A stretch of DNA of 64,000 nucleotides, taken from assembly GCF_006345805.1 (NCBI RefSeq), contig NC_043022.1, positions 11,284,001 to 11,348,000 of the forward strand, written 5' to 3'. Both the position numbers and the translations under genes were made by a program. The DNA is from Octopus sinensis (taxonomy: Eukaryota). This document shows, in pieces, positions 59,080-64,000 of this stretch (the stretch's first letter is position 1; each line of letters begins with the position of its first letter). Under the pieces are notes generated by a model, which was not told the DNA's origin, ran no database searches, and was given only the letters and a program-made list of their open reading frames with translations.

Positions 59080-60483
59080 GTATGTATTTAACATTGAATC
59101 CTTTTTATTACTCTCTTTATTTTCCCCTCTCAGACACACACACATATAAATACACTGCCTTTATGCATTTATTATCAGACAGGACAGGCTGATATTCCCT
59201 GCTTGACAATGCTAGAAGTTGATTATATTGTCTGAATGTTAGCAAAGTTAGTTTTTTTTTGTTTGTTTTTTTATGACGGCTGGGTGGGGGTGGGGGTCAT
59301 TTTTATAGCCCAGTAGAAAGGAAGGCTTTTGTGCCTATAATCTTCCATGGCTCTGGGAGTCTGGTAAGATTGATAGGTTTGAAGTTCAGTTTGAACTGTT
59401 CACAAGACAAGGATGATTCATAGTGTAAACTTAATAGTGATAACAGTAGTGGTGTTGGTGGTGGAAGTGGTGATGGTGGTGGCAGTAATGGACATGGTGA
59501 GAGCAGCGGCAGTGGTTGTGGTGGTAGTAGTGTAGGTGCAGAATAGCTGAATGGTTATGATGTGTTCTTCACAATCACAAGGAACAAGGTTCGACCTTAT
59601 TCTTATAGCCATGGATTGACCAAAGCTCTTCGTGTAAAATGAAGTAGATGTGAACTGCATTGGAATCTTATTAGATGGATGTACCTGTAACTCAAAATCA
59701 ACCTTGTTACACAATGCTTCACAGTGATTCTGCATGGAAATTATGTTAAGAGTACACGTGTATGGAATGCTCAGCCACTTACATACAAATTAAGCAGACG
59801 GTTCATTTGATGGAACAATTGAGCACCCATTGTCATCCCAACAGAGATCCATTTACTTCTTTTATATAACCACCATTGTTTTAATATCCATTTTACCATG
59901 CTTGCATGGTATGGATGGCTCTGTAAAATAGCATATTACTATCCATCCTGGTCTTGTGTTATTCCATGTGAGGCCTATAAATCTTTATTCTTAGATCAGA
60001 CCTCACAACTCTTTACAAATATAACTCTTTCTTTGTAACTGAAGATCTTATATATATATATATTTCTTTTTCAAATCTTTATAGCTATCTTGGACATATC
60101 CAGTCTATTTGAAATGATTCAGAAGGTATCTGTAACAATATGTACCACAGTTGTAGCACATTATTTGTCCAAACATTCAGTATTAAGAAAATAAATTTCA
60201 TATAGGACTCCCTGTATGTGTGTGTGTGTATAATCATTATCATCTTCATCATTCTAATGTCTGCCCTCCATGCTGGCATGGCCAGATAGTTTCAACATGA
60301 TCCAATGAATCTTGTCTTATATCTGGATTGGTACGATTTCTACAGCTGGATACCTTCTATCACCAACCATTTTACAAAGTGTACCAGATGCTTTTTCATG
60401 GCACTGGCACTAGTGATGTTACCAAATGTACATGTGTATATAGCTATATAACACATACATTCACAAATATATGCATATATATA

Positions 60484-60940
60484 CTGGGTGATTGAAAGGT
60501 AATTCCCTATTTTGAAATACTTATAAATTATTAATTAATTGCAATTGTTACCAAAAAAAAAAAAAAAATTGGATATGAGAGGAAAGCTTTTAGTATGAGG
60601 TTTTATTTAAAATTTGATATGGGCTCCAGATGTTGCCTCCAGCTTCTTGAGTTGCCTAGGAACTGCATCAACTGATTTCACCAGGTACTCTTGAAGGATG
60701 GAACACATAGCTTATCGTATTCATACCTCCTGGCTGGCCACTTATGTGGACCACGATGACCCATCTATCTCCTGGGGAAGTGGGTATTCAACCATTAATG
60801 AATGACAAGAGCAAAATGTGGAGAGATGCCATCTTGTATGAAAATAAAATCTTCAGTATTCTCCCAAGCACTGATAACTGGCCAGATCTCATCTTACAGC
60901 ATAGTGAGGTACCATAGGGAGTTACTTTTCAATCACCCTG
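60484..60940. mobile_element. Non-autonomous Tc1/mariner-type element (457 bp)
   Basis: TIRs CTGGGTGATTGAAAGGTAATTCCCTAT (60484-60510) and ATAGGGAGTTACTTTTCAATCACCCTG (60914-60940); TA on both sides. Confidence 0.8.
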
Positions 60941-61002
60941 TATATGTAACACTCATGAACACATATATATGTATGCAGGTGTATATATGTATTATATATA
61001 TA

Positions 61003-62286
61003 CAGGGGTTGGAAAAAATAACGGAAACACCTTAAAATTTCAAACAAATTTATTTTAATATGGGGTAGGACTGCCTCTGGCAGTAATTACAGCCTGAATT
61101 CTATGAGGTATAGACTCATACAAAGTTTGAATTGTTTCCAAAGGAATTTTTGTCTATTTTTCAACTAAAAGAGTCTCCAGTTCTTGTAGTGATGATAGTG
61201 GAGGATATTGACTCCTTACTTGTTTTCGAAAATGCACCATAAATGTTCAATAATATTGTGATCTGTGGACTGTGGTGGCCAGATAAGATGTTCAACTTCA
61301 CTAGAATGTTCCCCATGCCATTCAATAACAACTTTAGCTGTGTCAATTGGCACATTATCGTCCTGAAAGATTGTGTTTCCTTCCAGAAACAGTTCTGCAA
61401 CCATAGGATGAATTTGATTAGATAAATTGCTTAAATAGTATTGACTATTAATTCTGTCATGAAGGGAAATCATTGGGCTGGCAGATTTCCAAGAGATAGC
61501 CCACCCAGATCATCACAGATCCTCCTCCATGTTTAACAGTTGGAAGAAGGCAGTCGGGGTCAAATGCTTCTTTTGGCTGTCTCCACACGTATACTTGGCT
61601 GGTGGTCGGAAATAAGGTAAAGGATGACTCGTCCAAGAAAATAACATTTTTGCACTGCTCTAGGGACCAGTTCTGTAGGTTTTTACTCCACTCTAAATGC
61701 ATTGCAACGTTTGATTTTGAAAGTAGTGGTTTTCTGATTGCAGCCCTCCCATGAAATCTGGCTTTGTGCAGCTCCCAGTGAACAGTTTTTGTGGAAACTG
61801 GATTCTCGAGGTGGTCATTAAGCTCTGCAGTAATTTTGGGAACTGTACTTTTGTGATCCTTTCTAACAATTCACTTATGAGTCCCACAGTCCCTATCTGA
61901 AACTGTTGGTTTTCTCCTGGAGTTTTGTTTCAATAGGGAGGTTTTTCCCTCTTTCTCTCTCAAAGGCTGCCATTACTTTCGAGACTTCTTGATACACCAA
62001 ACATTTCAGCTGTTTTCGTTATGCTAGCTCCTGCCATACGGGCACCAACAATTTGACCTCTTTGAAAGTCTGATAGATCTGTCATTTTAATGAATTTTAA
62101 TTACCTTTCTCTCAATATATCTGAAAAGGAACAGCAATTTTAGCAAAACATATTAAGCAACACTAATAATATATTAAAAAAAACCCCATAAAAATAAACA
62201 AGCTTTCGATGGTTTTATAGATATTTCAGGATTATATGCTATTATGCTATGATGCTAGGTGTTTCCATCATTTTGTCCAAACCCTG
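61003..62286 (-). mobile_element. Tc1-like transposon (1284 bp) with a decayed transposase
   Basis: TIRs CAGGGGTTGGAAAAAATAACGGAAACACC and GGTGTTTCCATCATTTTGTCCAAACCCTG; TA TSD. The transposase starts at the ATG at 62085 (MTDLSDFQRGQIVGARMAG) and includes VIFLDES, VKHGGGSVMIW and FQDDN...WPPQSTDHNIIEHLW, with frameshifts. Confidence 0.88.
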
Positions 62287-63704
62287 TATGTGGGTGTGTA
62301 TGTATATATTTAAATTTATATATATGTATACACACACACACACACACACACATATTTATATACTCTCGTAGTACAGGGCAGATTTCCAAATTTGCAATCA
62401 CCTTCTCAGCAATTAGACTTACAACTTCACACACTAGCTTGTAATAAATAAAGAAATGGATACAAGACCCTGCAAAAGTGAAAAAAAAAAAAAAGCAGAC
62501 TGGAAACAAAATCAATTTATAATGATGAATGTGGTGCTTATGTTATTAGTGACAGCAATAATTTTAATGAATTCTTTTCATGGGTTTTACTCAAATGCTC
62601 CTTCACCTATGATGTTGTTTGTATGACTCACATGACAAACGGAGTATTTATCTGATCTCTAATGACTATATGTATATAGACACACACGCATATATACATA
62701 CATATATATATAATATGAGGGAATATTTGAAACTTAATTTAATTATTGAATTGATAAAAGATGGTTTTTTTTCTAATTTATATATATCTATATATACATA
62801 CACACACACACAAATGTGTGGTGTGTGTGTGTGTGTGTGTATTTATTAATATTTAGCAGAAGCAACAGAGTGACTGAAGGTCTGAGAGTTTCGTGCATTG
62901 GCACTTATCAAGGTAGTTACTCATCAAAGGGCTGTGGGTTTATATAGTTGTTTGAGAATTACATTTTCCTCTGGATTGTTCTAGATCGAATTTTAAATCA
63001 TAACAATGTCATGTAGATAATTCATATATTCAAATAGTTTGCCCATCCTGTCATTGAATAAGTAAATACATAAATAAATAATTGAAGAGAGAAAGAAAGA
63101 AACCTTGTGTGTATCTTCATGCACACAGAAACACACACACATACACATATATATATATGGACATGCATATATACATATATACCGAAAGGCACATTAGTGT
63201 AAGAGAGGGAAAAGCATGTTAGTGGAAATGTTTGCAACAGTGTCCCTCTGGTTATAATGAAAGTTGGGTTACTGATTACAAAATTTCCTTAAATATTTAA
63301 TGATAATAACAAAAACATAAAGAAAAATATTTGTAATAATAAGAATATTAATATTGTTTCTTTTCTTTCTAGGAAACTATTAATTCCCATACATTCTTCA
63401 TTGCAGCATCTGAACTTGTTCTTATCTTTCGAAAATATGTTTTGTCTATGAATTGATGAATATATAAATAATTATATTAATATATCAGTAGTGAGTTGTT
63501 TAATGCAAGAGATAAGTCTTCCAGCAAACTTGAGACTGTTGAAACTGGTATCTTTACCTGGGATCAAACCAGCTCACATCAATTGAGAAATGTATAGTAG
63601 CTTTTTCTATGACTTTGTATTTGAAAATAACAAATTTACTTTATATATATTTATATATAAATATATATTTATATATACATATATATTTATATATACATAC
63701 ATAC

Positions 63705-63745
<41 letters not shown>

Positions 63746-64000
63746 TGCATAAATATATATGCATACAGGCATAATATGTGCATAAAATGAATACCTACAA
63801 ATAGGTATGTGTATATATGTATGTATTCTTAATACAGTAAATCTTTTTAATTTTACAATATTATTGCTTCCTAGTTTTTATCTCTTTCTAACTTCTTGTT
63901 CTTGATTTCAAATAAATGATTCCCTACCACCACCACCACCGTTCTCATTATACTCATCATATCTTACATACCTTCTCAATTTCAGAACATAAATTAAGGT

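Overview
AT-rich, microsatellite-rich eukaryotic genomic DNA. The SINE and LINE families look like those of octopus (cephalopod); this assignment is from recognition, not a database search. The main gene is on the + strand: seven coding exons (25713-59079) that splice in frame with GT-AG boundaries into the N-terminal part of a perlecan/HSPG2-like protein. The order is an acidic region with two Ser-Gly-Asp sites, a SEA domain (2 exons), an unexpected 169-codon extra-domain exon, then three LDL-receptor class A repeats. The signal-peptide exon was not found and the gene continues past the window. The rest is intron or intergenic DNA full of mobile elements: a Helitron, a 274-bp foldback, a 5'-truncated RTE LINE with a PHD-like finger inside its RT region, two Tx1-like non-LTR copies each bracketed by (GATA)n, three Tc1/mariner-type elements, a CR1/Jockey-like remnant and many tRNA-derived SINEs. 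The best leads are (1) a 187-bp insertion with a 13-bp target-site duplication carrying a complete type I hammerhead ribozyme fold with a swapped G3-C8 core pair, (2) an apparently (GATA)n-targeting Tx1 family, (3) the extra domain in perlecan, and (4) a diverged duplicated pair of minus-strand exon-like modules in a CpG-rich zone. There is a 100-N assembly gap at 58379-58478.
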